DNA from: Octopus vulgaris
Taxonomy: Eukaryota
Length of the DNA stretch: 64,000 bases
Reading direction: 5' to 3'
Assembly: GCA_951406725.2 (NCBI GenBank)
Contig: OX597833.1
Location: forward strand, 35,030,001-35,094,000
The notes beneath the pieces are model-generated. The model had not been told where the DNA came from. It did no database searches and saw only the letters and a program-made list of their open reading frames with translations. Within the stretch, counting starts at the first letter, position 1; each line of letters begins with the position of its first letter. A program made the translations under genes and the position numbers. Below are positions 48,421 through 62,189 of this stretch, in pieces.

Positions 48421-49580
48421 CGTGGTAAGTAGCTTGCTTACCAACCACATGCTTCCGGGTTCAGTCCCACTGCGTGGCACCTTAGGCAAGCTTCTTTTAC
48501 TATGGCCTCAGGCCGACCTAAGTCTTGTAAGTGGATTTGGTAGACAGAAACTGAAAGAAGCCCGTCGCTATGCAGATGACACAAAAGTCTCCCACACAAT
48601 ACAAAACCCTGAAAATATTGCGCATCTGCAACAGGAGTTGGATACAATATACAGGTGGGCTGAGGACAACAACATGCAGTTTAATGCAGGTAAGTTCCAG
48701 GCCCTGCGCTACCGACACACAAAGGTAAACGACGTGCAGGCTAGATACACTGGCCCAGGAAGAATTGCAATCCCTGAGTCAAAATCAGTGCGTGACCTGG
48801 GCATTGACATGAGCAATGATGCATCTTTCCAAGTGCATATTACTAATCTTACTAATCTGGTGATAAAATGCAGACGGCTAGCTGGATGGATTCTCCGAAC
48901 GGGAGAGATATGCGGTGATATACATCTGGAAAATCCTGGAGGGTCTTGTCCCAAACTTTGGCATTCAAAGCTACCCCAACTGCAGAACGGGGCGCCACTC
49001 CATGGTGCCAAAGATTCCAACATCACCATCAAAATACAGGTCCAGATACTGCAACAGCTTGGGTTTCAGAAGACCACAGCTCTTTAACATCCTCCCTAAA
49101 TGCCTGAGAGACTTACATGGTGTGGATATGGTTTTTTTAAAAACTAAACTGGATCTCTTCTTGTTGGGGGTCCCAGATGAACCTACCTCACGACAGGAGA
49201 CACAGATGCGGGCAGCGGCATCGAACTCCCTTGTTGATCAAGTGCCACGTATCAGAGGTGGATTCACATATTAGTGTAGCTCATTCAGCGGTGGTGCCCC
49301 AGCATGGCCGCGGCCTTCGGGCTAAAAGATTTTAAAGCTTTTAAGGATTTATATGTGTGTGCGTGTGTGTATGTGTTTGTGTGTATGTGTCCCCTCCCCC
49401 CAACATCGCTTGAAAACTGATGCTGGTGTGTTTACGTCCCCGTAATTTAGCGGTTCGGCAACAGAGACCGATAGAATAAGTACTAAGCTTACAAAGAATA
49501 AGTTCTGGGGTAGATTTGCTTGACTAAAGGCGGTGCTCCAAAATGGCCACAGTCAAATGACTGAAACAAGTAAAAGAGTA
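48421..49580 (+). mobile_element. SINE family A split by LINE insertion
   Basis: 5' half 48421-48567, 3' half ~49350-49580. Confidence 0.85.
48568..49348 (+). mobile_element. CR1/L2-group LINE 3' fragment, internally deleted
   Basis: YADDTKV, LQQELD..W...NNMQFNAGKF, VRDLGI, IYIWKILEGLVPN, PQLFNILP, KTKLD..L..VPDEP. Confidence 0.88.
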
Positions 49581-50445
49581 GGAGTTTTCAAAAGCTCGCA
49601 TGACTATGGGCGGTGGCGGGCGGGTTCCACCTGAGTAAAATAGGAATCAAAGGAATCCATTAGCAAAAAATGTTTGAGAACCATCGTTCTTGATGCTCAA
49701 TAAATACGGCAAATTCTTGATATGTGTTTTTTTTTTGTATTGCCGTGTGAACGCATATACAACGGATGTCTCTCTTATATCCTGATGCATGTAGAAATGA
49801 CTGTTTGTTCTTATATTCAAGTCTCATATCTTCTATACACAAAGTTACACTGCTGCATATTAATGCTTTTTTTAGATGGGAGACCAGAATAAATGGGTAG
49901 ACATACTATCTGTGAAATATTCAAATATATAAGAATATAAGAATATATAAGAATATTGATTTAATTAATAATAAACACTACATGCTTCGATTTTATATTT
50001 GGTTTACAACATTCTTGATGTGAATACTTGTCATACCTAGGGAGGATCATTACGCCAAAAATAACACACACACACACACACAGGTTCAGTACCATTTCTT
50101 TATTTTACCAACTAGCTGTTGAATTGTTTGTTTAATGTGTTGCTTGACCACTCAATCGGTTTGTTAGTTTCTCTGTCAGAGTCCTTTCGTTGCTATTCGC
50201 CAGCTCATTAAGGACTCTTCAAGATCTGCTTTGTGTCTGTCTGAGAACTAGACTCGTATGTATGTATGTATGTATGTATGTATGTATGTATGTATGTATG
50301 TATGTATGTATGTATGTATGTATGAAGATGTGTGACTATTTATGCGTGTGCATTCTGATGTGTATGCACATATGCGCGTTTTTTGTAATAGGTAAGCGTC
50401 TGTGTATGTTCGCGTGAGTGTGTATGGGTGCACGCGCGTATGTGT

Positions 50446-50480
<35 letters not shown>

Positions 50481-50799
50481 CGTGCTTGTGTATGTTTGTG
50501 TGTGTTCATGTGTGCGTGGATGTGTCTGGATGTGTATGTAATCGTGTGTTTGTGTGTGTGCGTTTGTGTGTGTGTGTATGTGTATGCATGGATGTGTATG
50601 GTTGTGAACTGGAATTGCTTATAATTATCTGTATCTATCTTTATTGGTTTCTGTGTATCCTGCTGTCATTCTAATACTGTCCGATATATATATATATATC
50701 TACCTATACCTACACATACCCTCCCACACACATAGACGCCCACACGCCCATGCACATGTATATGTGTTGCGTGAGTTGTGATGTTGTGGTTCTATAGTT

Positions 50800-52080
50800 T
50801 ATTAGATATATTTTCTATCCAGTGTTGGCAGTATCACATTTATGGGAACACACTCAAGTATCTGTTGTAACGACGAGTCTCTCGAGTGTTTAGACAAGAT
50901 TTCGGAACTAATATGATTCAGCATGTTGCCATGTTGAGCTTTGACATGTTGGTCGCGTATCGATGATTTCTCCCTGTCATTATATTCCCGCCAGTTTTTT
51001 CATTTGGTCCCTCAGCTAAACTCCCAGAAGTCTCCCTTCCATATGTTGCATTCAGTTCGTACAATCAACCTTCATGGATTTTGTACTGTAGCCTACATTC
51101 CTGGTCTTAATGCTAAGGATAAAAGTTCACACAGTACAATTATTATCAGTACATGCGGTCTTGTCAAAGGGTAGTCTTACATAACTGTGATTTGATGACA
51201 TTCTTGGTTTTTCTATAACTTGAATGTTGGGTTTAGTTTCCTTCATAGCCTTCCTAAGCCTGCCGGTTAACTCCCCATACGGCGTAGCCTCTATAAAAAT
51301 TACCCCTTGAAATACGTCTGTGTTGTACCACGTGTTTATTCTGTTTGTTTTATCACTAATTCTCTGTATTCTGTTCCAGTGTTTGTCTCGGTGTCTAGGG
51401 CGGGTTCCACTGGCGTCCTTACTTATGACATCATCTAACATCATCCTAACTTTCTCTGATTCTATCTCTCTGGTTGTAGCCAGAGAACTGCATGCGGTGC
51501 ATAAATTTCTGTGCATGTCTCTTAGTTTCAAGGGGTTTGCATAGTGGGGGTATGTTATTCATTATCCTATCTGAATCAGCTTTAAGTATGTTTCTTATTG
51601 TGTGATAAAACTGAATTCTTATGAATAACATACTTGGAAGATATGAGTTTTATATAAAAAGATTGGAAGAGTTGAACCTTGTTGCTCGTTGTCTCAAACC
51701 GAAGCCCAGTATCAAAGGAGTCTCTTGTTGGTGTAGTCTACCATTGCCTTGATACTCTGGCGGATAGAGTTTGTCACACGCTGGATGATCTCCATCGTAC
51801 ACCTGTCAGGTTCCTCTGTGTCACTACCTGGGATTGTCTTAAGTATAAAGTTGATATCATCTACATATCTACAGTATAAGTGTTAAAGCTATAAAGTTTT
51901 CATCTAGGGATTGCTTAAATACTTTTGTTTCTTTATGTCATGAAAAGGCTGGCCACATCCCCAGATACACATACAACGATGGATGCTCCTTGGACCCGCC
52001 TACATAATTTCGTATTGAACTTGACTTTGTAGTAGTGTTTATTGTCTGCTCTATGGTATTAAAGATTTCACTCTATATTC
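50800..52080 (-). mobile_element. Decayed Penelope-like element (RT + GIY-YIG-like)
   Basis: Minus strand QGASIVVCVSGDVASLFM, YCRYVDDIN (~51850-51877), FMHRMQFSGY, YGRETSGSLAE. Confidence 0.75.
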
Positions 52081-53283
52081 TTCACAGGAAGATCTCAACG
52101 CAGACAGAATTGATGAAAAGCTCAAGAACTCTTGATTTAAGGCTTCAGAAAACAGGGTATTTTAAAAAGAGGTTTGTATACATTCGGGCTGATTATATTT
52201 TGTTTTAATCTAGAATAGATTCACTGCTTGTTCATCAATCTAATTCAATTAATGAGATAAAGTTCAAAGAGATTTTGAACGGATTAATTTATGTTAGCAA
52301 TCTTTACATTATTTAAAATGAATCAAAAGAATGCAACAATAAAATTTTGTCAACCCAGAGTTTTCTTTAACAAATTTTACTGGTCCTGAGAAAACGTGAG
52401 TTATCACTAAATTACATAGGTCCATCCAAGTTTTTCTTTCCCAAAAGAAACGGTATCGTATTGTACTTGGTGAAATATCTTGGCTTAACATGCCGATACC
52501 ACCCCGTGACTAAAACCTCTGCTACCATTGGAAAGCGGTACTTTCCTTTCTTAGGCAACATCCGTGATGATAGGATTTACACTGCATATACCGGAACGTC
52601 AGCAAAGTTTATTTGATAATGATTGGAAAATGTCTAGTCTCAACAAATTAGTTGCAAGAGAATAGCTTTAGTGAAAGACTTTATGGACACAATCGCAACT
52701 CAAGGGAATATTACTAACCGTAAAAAGTGATTAAAAGAAAAACACTATAAGAAATCTTCAGATTTGAATAATCCTTGGAGAAAGATTTGATGGGCATACG
52801 CTAATGTTTGCCGATGACAAGAATCACCGAATATAAATTTAAGCGAGAAAGTGTCTGCATATTATTGCTATATTAATTGATATTATCATATTATTGCTAT
52901 ATCAAAAGACATTATCATATTGGATTTTCCCAAGATAGTTTAATCTAAACCGCCAGTATCTTGCAAAATTGCAAAACAAAAGAACTTTCTGGAGAATTTG
53001 TGACCATTTTCCTTTTGAGTTTTAGGGTCAAATACACACGGGCAAGGGTATTTTTCCTTTTACTTTACATTCATATTTGTGAGCATTCATATTAAAATGG
53101 GTGAATTAGTGGATATGTGTGTAAATATCAACAGGCTGTGAGTATAATACAATGAATACTACAATGAGTAACAACATTGTATAAAGGCTATTTTAAATAA
53201 CGACTTAGAGGCTACAAGGGTTATGCAGTTTCCTTCGGGTATTTGAAACTTGCAGTTTCTGCGGCCAAATGATGCTAAGTCGG

Positions 53284-53490
53284 TGAGGCGGCAAAATCGT
53301 TAGCGCGTCGGACAAAAGCTTAGCAGTATTGCCACTGTCTTTGCGTTCTGAGGTTAATTCCGTCGAAGTCGACTTTGCTTTCCATCGTTTTGGGGTCGAT
53401 GAAATAAGTATCACTTAAGCACTGGGTTTGATGTAATCAATGAGCTCCATCCTTGTGCCAATTTCAGGTATTTTGCCAAGTGTAGAAAGG
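53284..53490 (+). mobile_element. SINE family B (diverged)
   Basis: Family B head and core. Confidence 0.75.
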
Positions 53491-54329
53491 ATCATTAACG
53501 ATACTTTGAAGTGTTAGATATATCAGGATCATAGAATCATATTTCTGATTCTGTTTTCGAAATATCCGATCCTTAAAGCCACTATTTATAATTGAATAAT
53601 TCAAAAGACACTCATTATTAAAGAATCTTCAGAGTGAGAATAAAGAAAATATCAGTAATCAATTTCTAGGCTCAGCTTAAAAGTCAAATGTTCAATACTT
53701 TTATTATTATCAACTGACTGAGAATATATCATATTTAATGAGTAGCAAAATTACGCCATCTTGTCATAAAATGAAGTTACTGAATGAGTTAATCGTGTTA
53801 CACATCTGGTCACAAAATGACTTCCTTGGATCGGAAATATTCAACATGCCCCACAGCAAGTCACAAAATCACGTCAATGAATAAATTAAGCATGTTCTAC
53901 TGCAGTATACTAAATGATATCATCGGGTAAATTAGATATGTTTTCACTCTGCGTCAACGAGTAAAGTAAATATGCTTCACCTCTGTCACAAAATGATATT
54001 AAACCCATTTGCTTTATTTTTAGGACTGATCACAGTTATAGTACCGAGCAATAGAAACGTATCTCCTACTTTATTTTAACTTTAAGACAGCGCCAATTTT
54101 ATCTTTCCGTGGGTGAATTTGAAACTGCTGTTTACTTCGTCCCACTTCTTCAAAACCTACTCTGATCTAAACATTCAGAACTTCTGCTGAAATGCTAGAA
54201 GTTCTATAGAATATTTGCTCTAGCAAAAGTTTATGTTGTTTCCAGCTTTGAATGAACCACCGGAATTTATTAAGCTACAGTTGCCATAATGAAGATAAGG
54301 TTCGGGTTTGAAGAATAAACTTTGACCCT

Positions 54330-54695
54330 AGGCGCAGGCATGGCTATGTGGTAAAAACGCTTGCTCTCCAACAACGTGGTTCCGAGTTGAGTCCCACATC
54401 ATGGCACCCTGGGTAAGTTTCTACTCTATCTTCGAGTCGACCAAAGCCTTGTGAGTGGATTTAGTAGAAGACATGTTTGCACATTTGTGTATGTTTTTGA
54501 CTCTACCCCAAAAATTGACAATCTATGTTGGTTTCTTTATGCTCGCCGTAACTTAGTGTTTCGGTAAAAGAGAGTGATAAAATAAGTATCAAACAAAAAA
54601 AAAAAGAAAAGAGAGTACTGAGGTCGATTTGTTCGTCTAAACCCTTCAAGGCTATGCCCCAGCATGGCCGCAGTCCAATGACTAAAACAGGTAAA
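54330..54695 (+). mobile_element. SINE family A
   Basis: Head to GCATGGCCGCAGTCCAATGAC tail. Confidence 0.8.
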
Positions 54696-55414
54696 AAAAA
54701 TAAATAAAAGAGATACCCAACTCAGGGACAATTATATCAATCTTAAATTTAGGCCAAAATATCTATTTTTTGTGTATCAAAATAAGACAAGCTTTCCAAA
54801 TCAAAGATCAGGTTCTAAACCGTCGTGTTACCTTGAAAACATTCATTGAACGAATTAAAAAAAAACCAAAAAAAAACAAAAAAAACTATTTCTAAATTTT
54901 TATTGCTTTCACTTTAAACCGATTCTGAACTTTTATGTTTTGAACATCAGACATTTAGAACTTCTCAACGTTTGTTGTTTAATGAAAACAAAAAATGCTA
55001 ATTTGAAAAATTCTAAACAGAAACTGATTAAGTTAGCAAATTCACAACTGTAATACATTTTCGGTTTTTCGGGTTTGCGGAGGTAAACTTTGACCCTAAG
55101 CGCAGGCATGGCTATGTGGTAAAAACGCTTGCTTTCCAACCACATGTTTCCGAGTTGAGTCCCACAGCATGGCACCCTGGGTAAGTTTCTACTCTATCTT
55201 CGAGTCGACCAATGCCTGTCGACCATATGCATTTCGTTAGCATTAAAAGAGTTAGGGAGGTGTTAAAAAATACACTCTTATATGAATGTCAAAACAAAGA
55301 CCAACAAATTGAAGCGCCAATCATATACTGGAATAGATTAAATTGATTACAACTCTTCTTGAAGACATGAAACATTTTACCAATGTTCATTATTATTGCT
55401 ATAAGTTTACATTA

Positions 55415-55770
55415 TGAGTTCAAATTCCACTGAGGTCGACTTTGTCTTTCATCCTTTCAGGGTCGATACGATAAGTAGCAGTTGAGCGATGGGGGTCGAT
55501 ATAATCAACTTATCTCTATCTCTAGAAATTGCTGGTCTTGAGTCAATTATTGATGCTATAAGGGCGGTGAATTGGCAGAATCGTTAGACCGTGGGAAAAA
55601 ATGACTTGTATTTTCCTCTGGCATTTTTGCATTCTGAATTCAAATCCCACTGTGTTTAAATTTGCTCTTCACCCTTCCAAGCTCGATAAGTAAAGTACCA
55701 GTCAACTACTGGGGTCGATATAATCGACTACTTCCTCACAAAATTTCTGCTTTGTGCCAAATATCAGAAA
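55415..55770 (+). mobile_element. Two tandem SINE family B copies
   Basis: Family B cores at ~55415 and ~55560. Confidence 0.75.
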
Positions 55771-56554
55771 CTACAATCATCATTGATTCTATTATTTGAG
55801 TGTAGATGATAGAAGAAACGCTTGAGTGTCGAATCAAAGACACTGTACAATCCAGCTATGGAACTCTATTCAAACCCTGCAATAGCTAACTTTGTGTCTC
55901 TTCTCCAAGGCCAGAAAAATAAATGCAAGTAAGATACTTTGGTCTTTTACCATTGTGATAAACCATTATCATTTGGCGGCGTGAATAACAATCAATAGAG
56001 CAATACGTCCAACATGCAGAGAATTCAGTCTTTGTATTCCGTAATCGATACTCTGTGTTGCCTGGAACCAACTATCATCAACAATATTGTTCAAAATAGA
56101 TACACAGATGACAATATTCCCTACTCTAGATGACAACAGCAGGGTGGAATTGACAAGTAATACGAAGAAAAGTTATCTGTGATAGACCGCTATTCTAACC
56201 AAGTAATACTTAAATCTCTCCTCGAGCTATAGAAATTGTAGAAATGTCTCGAATCGCTAAGTCTTTGTGAAAGGATTAGCTGTTGTTGGCAAAGATTACT
56301 TCTGATTTAAAAGTCCAAAAGCAGGTTGCAGTTAAGATAAGTAAACGTCGAAATCATAGACACTCGGTTACTAAACCAAAATGCTCCCGCTGCCTCCTTT
56401 CCTCCCTCTTTCTCTTCCAGATCTTTCTGGGTTTACAACTAAACTTGTCTATAAGATATAATTGAATGAGGAAGAAAATTATATTATTACATAAATCCTA
56501 TTTTATTGCACATAAATGCATATGCACTTGGGCGAATATTTATGTATGCACCCA

Positions 56555-56604
<50 letters not shown>

Positions 56605-56607
<3 letters not shown>

Positions 56608-58435
56608 ATGAACTCCCTAAAATCCATAAATCCAAACAGATCAAGAACAGCTTAAAAGACTCCTATACTCCAGATATAAAGATTCTCAAATTACGCCCGA
56701 TTGTTGCAGGACCTGCATCCAACATCCAAAGAGGGAGCAACTTGCTGGGCATAATTTAAAAACCTTTATGTTCCTAGTTTCATCACAGATGATATGGATT
56801 TATTAAACCATGTCCTAGAACGGATAGATAAAGAGATAGTACTAGTTAGCTTTGAGGTAACTAGTCTCTATACAAATATCCCCCATATATATGGACTAGA
56901 AGCAGTAGAATTCTGGATGAACAAACACCCACAAAGAACTCAAGAGAGATTCTCAAAAAAATTTATACTTCTGTTTACAGATAGTACTGAAAAACAACTA
57001 CTTCTTTGATAATTAATACTATCTACAAATACAAGGCACTGCGATTGGGACGAAAGTCGCACCAACATTTTCCACACTAGTAATGGGATACTTAGAAGAA
57101 AAAACTGAACCCCCATCCAGAACTACTTTTGACAACCACTTCCAAACCTACCTTATCGGAAACTGGAAAAGTTTCTTAGAACCGAAATAAGGAGGCCCTT
57201 ACAATTTTGTTTTTAAATTAATAAATAACATTTATGTATCAATCCAATTCACAAATGAATGAAAAGGAACTCTCCTTTTTGGACATCCAGATAATTAAAG
57301 AAAATGAGACGGTTACAACTGACCTCTATTACAACAACACAGACACACACCAATATTTAGCCTTTAGATCTTGCCACCATTCCTATACAAAAAGGAACAT
57401 ACCATTTAGTATGGCAAGGCGCATATGCCCAATAGTCTCAGATACTGTTAGATAAAAGAAACAACCGTAAAACTTAATATATTCCTTCAGAAACCAAAAT
57501 ATCCCAACAAATTAATTCAACATGCCATAACGAAAGCAAAGGAAATCTCAATCTCTACCGTATGGAGAAACACTCAGACCGGGTGCGAAAATAAAAATAC
57601 AAATACAAATATTCCGTTTGTAGTCACCCACAATCTTAGAAAACACAACATCCTGCACTCAGCCAAATGATACCTCCCAATTCTACGTCAATCACCAAAT
57701 CTCCAACGAATAAATTTTAAAAATCACAAATTATCAACAGTCCTAACAGAGACTCCTAACAAAGGCGAGATTCACATTTGAAAAAAAAAATAAAACGGTG
57801 CAAGGTGGGAAATGCGAATTATTTGAGCAAGGGACAACCAAAAGACTCAAGAATGGGAAGGAATCAAAAGTGAATGCAAGCCTAAATTGCAAACCAGTAT
57901 GTCCACAATGCAATGAAAAGTACATTGGGGAGACAGAAATGAAACTCAGCAGCCGTGTAAATGTGCATAAACAACAAATTAGGAATTTATCTCTTAGGAA
58001 TATCCCATGCAGTGAACATCTTGTTATCTGTAGAAATGTAAAATTTAAAATATTCCCATTTGAGAAAATAAACGATGAAAATGTAAAATTAGAACGACAA
58101 AAAAAAAAAAAAGAGTAATTTATAAGAATTCTAAATCCGAAATTAAACCGAAAATAACCGACATTCCATATAATAAACAATGGCAAAAGAATATTTATGA
58201 CCAAAACCTAAAGTCCGAAAATAAATCGGAAATAATACTGCCACTACCACAAAACCAAAAACTTCCTCTTTAAGAGCATATATGTTTGAAAAGGTTTAAC
58301 GAAAGCGTTCACACACTAGAAAAAAACGTCTTCCCTAAAAGGTTAGCAACATCCTCATTTTCATAACATTCTTTTAAAAAGAAAAGATTTTTTTTAGAAA
58401 AATCACCTTTACATTTCAAAAACTGTATTAAATAA
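56605..58435 (+). mobile_element. Decayed Penelope-like element (RT, GIY-YIG, 3' hammerhead)
   Basis: LPKIHK, LRPIVAG, LVSFEVTSLYTNIP, QGTAIGTKVAP, LSFLDI, TDLYY..TDTHQYL, CPQCNEKYIGET..LSSR..H; bounded by (TA)n. Confidence 0.9.
58283..58313 (+). ncRNA. Minimal hammerhead, U3-A8 variant, in PLE 3'UTR
   Basis: UGU-UUGAAAA-g-GUU(u)AAC-GAA-AGCGUU-C-ACA; AGCGUU is self-complementary with G-U pairs. Confidence 0.6.
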
Positions 58436-58450
58436 TCCTCATAGACTTTC

Positions 58451-58494
<44 letters not shown>

Positions 58495-58800
58495 GCACGC
58501 TCGCACGCACATACACACGCACGCTCGTACTCACGTTCGCGCGCATGCACACACACACGCATACACACGCATACACACACATACACGCACGCACGTATGC
58601 ATACGTGCATGTATGTATGTATGTATGTATGTATGTATGTATTGACATTTGTTTTTACATTGCAATAAAATGAAGAGTTTTGTAGAGTACATAAATGTTA
58701 AACTTTTGTAAGATTGGTGACAGTGGCTTTGAAGTTTCGACGGACGAAATATGCTGAAATTCCGAATTGTATTTAGCTACTTTTTTGCTAAACATATTTC

Positions 58801-58836
<36 letters not shown>

Positions 58837-58879
58837 ACCTGCGAGCGTATATATATATCGTTTAAATTCGCTTATTAGT

Positions 58880-59570
58880 AACGTTAAGGGATAGAGTGGC
58901 CAAAGATCAGTTCAGGCAGCCTTTTAGCGCATATCGTGCCGTCTAGGCAACTCCTACTTAACAGCAAATAGAGAGATGAGTTTATCATGTGTGTACTCAA
59001 CATCGAAAACAATAACATCATAAGATTAGACGAAGAGTTCACGAGAATGTACTCTAAGTGTACGGCTGTTCCATATGAACCAAAAGTGCTGGGACTCATA
59101 TTCAAACAAACACTTGGAAGAGAAATATTCATCATACCAGCTGAAAGTTATGCGTGAGTGCCTATCTCGTAAACTAGATAAGAATAATATCTAAGCAAGA
59201 ACAGTGCATATCCCGTAACCTTGACATAAATAGTAGCATCTCTTGGACCTGCAATAAATACATCATGTCTCATCTACTTGGCCGCGCCTTTGCTATCCAA
59301 AATTACTGGAGATAACTACTAAATACCTGATGAACAAGAGAGATAAGAATACCTCTAGATCTCCACGCCGTGATAAACAAATATCAATTGTGCAATACCA
59401 CTGTGGAAAGTATCGCTCAAATCATCATCAGCTGCCTCAAAATATAGACAAGTTACTATCTTTCCTTGAGACATGACATTGTTGATTCAGCCGTCTTGTC
59501 ACTCGCAGGAAGGTTTGTTCTGGTACTCATGTCAAAAACCCAGAGAAACCAATTGTTCTGATACTCACCA
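58880..59570 (+). mobile_element. Highly decayed R4/Dong-like LINE fragment
   Basis: FAIQ..ITTKYLMNKR and LRHDIV motifs parallel the 9600-10680 element. Confidence 0.55.
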
Positions 59571-60282
59571 AAGACACATCTGAATCAGAATGTAGCAACA
59601 TCTTTAAAAATAAAGGATCATTCCCCCCATAAAAACAAACTCCAGTCCCTCCTCCCCAGTTACCCAGTGCAATTAGCACAGGTTACATATAGTTCTTTGG
59701 AAGTTGAGCAAAAGTCAAGCACTATTGTAAAGATCAGCTCGGCGGATGTGAATGTCTCGTAAAAATTTGAGGATACAATCGGTTAGAAGTGGAGTGTAAA
59801 TTTGTAAAGCATTCCAGGAGTTACTCACTTTAGGTTTCTGGGTTGAACAGATGTATACAATTAGATATACATATGGCATGCACACACGCTCACGCAAGCT
59901 GTAAGGAAGAACACACACACGTGTTGTAAAGTGATAAGCACACTCACTACGTACAAGTTTACCCACATGCATATACATATGCACTACTTCAGATAACCAT
60001 AAATCCCAATAGCTATTTTGGCTCAACAAAAATGTTTGTCATTGTTAGTGCCCGGCCTGAGTTCTGCACAGGAATAAATTGCAAAAAAATAACATAAATC
60101 TATGCAGAAGGTTTAATAAGTAGAAAAGTGGAGAAAAGCAAGGTGGAAAATGTGTGAAAAAAAAATTTAAAGAAAATATAGTGGGGAAGAACTAGATAGA
60201 TTGATAGAAACACAGTAGTTAGGGAAAAAGATAGGTATGTATGTATGTAAGTAGGGTGATAGACAGACAGACAGACAGACAG

Positions 60283-60283
60283 G

Positions 60284-60320
<37 letters not shown>

Positions 60321-60321
60321 T

Positions 60322-60380
<59 letters not shown>

Positions 60381-60421
60381 TGATAGCTAGCTAGCTAGCT
60401 AGCTAGATAGATAGATAGATT

Positions 60422-60489
<68 letters not shown>

Positions 60490-60490
60490 C

Positions 60491-60538
<48 letters not shown>
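60283..60538. repeat. (GATA)n array
   Basis: Direct reading. Confidence 0.95.
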
Positions 60539-60815
60539 GAGAGAGTACAGAGAGCAATATGACGATCAGAAGAAGTATGAGATAGAAGATAATAGAAAGG
60601 AGAAAATTAGAAGGAAAAAAAAGAGAGAGGGGACAGAACGGAAGAAAGAAAGGTGGAAAGAAAAAAAGGATGATAAGGAAATTACTGATATTATGTAAGA
60701 GCTAAAGAGCTCTATAAACAACATCCATTGGAGAAGAACGAAATTTTGTTGGAGTTCCGTTTAAATGAAATTCTGGCCAGATAGAATAGAGATCGATCAA
60801 GAAAAACAACAACAG

Positions 60816-60900
<85 letters not shown>

Positions 60901-61067
60901 AGAATTGGATGTAACTACGAATACATAAATCATGATAATTAAAGAGAATATATTGTTGCATAAAATGTTCTTGAAAAAGATGGCATACATGCTGTAGGAA
61001 ATAGGAAAGAAAGAAGTTCAGAGATGACAGATTCCCAAAGATTCTTAATGTTACTTTTCCCCGAACA

Positions 61068-61140
<73 letters not shown>

Positions 61141-61397
61141 GTCTCCTCTCTCTCTTTCTTTCTCTTTCACTTCCCTCTTTATATTTCTAATAATTTTTTC
61201 GGTTTTGAATTTTTGTTGCTTTGCCTTCTTTACCATTTGCACATTCAAAAAGGTTCCTTTAGCTAGTCTAACCTTCATTGTTATCAAAATAGCTAGCAGG
61301 CAAGTTAACAGTTTATTCATGATACATGTTCAGTGACCGAATGCATGTGGATTTGAGGATACTGAGTTCGTATCACACCACTAGCGCTAGGCAATTT

Positions 61398-61561
61398 TCT
61401 TCTTCTTCTTCTTCTTCTTCTTCTTCTTCTTCTTCTTCTTCTTCTTCTTCTTCTTCTTCTTCTTCTTCTTCTTCTTCTTCTTCTTCTCCTCCTCCTCCTT
61501 CTTACTATTCTTCTTCTTCTTCTTCTTCTTCTTCTTCTTCTTCTTCTTCTTCTTCTTCTTC
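61398..61561. repeat. (CTT)n array
   Basis: Direct reading. Confidence 0.95.
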
Positions 61562-62131
61562 AACTTGAACTTGCACAATTATGTCGGAAGTCAAGCATTC
61601 GGATTCTTCCATTCTTGTAGGCCAATTCCATTGGTTTTTACTATATATCCAAGTTTATGGTTTGATAGATTGGACTGTACATTGAGTTACAAAACATATT
61701 CTGTAAATGATTGCATCACTCTTCCCGGTAATTCAGTAATATAACATTTATACGGCGATATCGCATATAGGACAAAGAAACATTCTGACACCAGACAATA
61801 AACGATTAAGTCAAGCTTTTGTATATTTATGAGTGACTTATTTGACTTACATCCCAAATTTTATTTACTTTGCTTCGCGGGAAGGACTGCTTCAACGAGT
61901 AGATGAAACAGGGACAACTGAAGAAGGGGAATATTCTTTATGTTGCATGTCTCGTTTCGCTCTTTTTTACAAAAAAGTTCGTCTCTATGTTTTGTTTTTA
62001 TGTTTTCGTTTCTGGTTGTGTTCAACGTTTTTTTGATGTTTTGTACCCATATATGCATGTATATATACATATATATGTAGGTATGTACATATATGTATGT
62101 ATATATGCATATATTTATATATTATTCATAT

Positions 62132-62189
<58 letters not shown>

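Noticed and set aside
48344-49087. 247-aa ORF as a SINE-LINE fusion gene
   Set aside because: Chance read-through across SINE and deleted LINE; TTG start; shifts out of the RT frame.
52811-52865. CCGATGA...GAAA
   Set aside because: Stems II and III cannot be paired.
53750-54000. CRISPR-like repeat-spacer array
   Set aside because: Repeats only 12 bp, irregular spacing, eukaryotic context, no cas genes.
59327-59333. CTGATGA as hammerhead core
   Set aside because: Lies in LINE coding relic (YLMN); no downstream GAAA/stem arrangement.
61900-61940. GAAAC..CTGAAGA permuted hammerhead
   Set aside because: No NUH triplet or closing helices.
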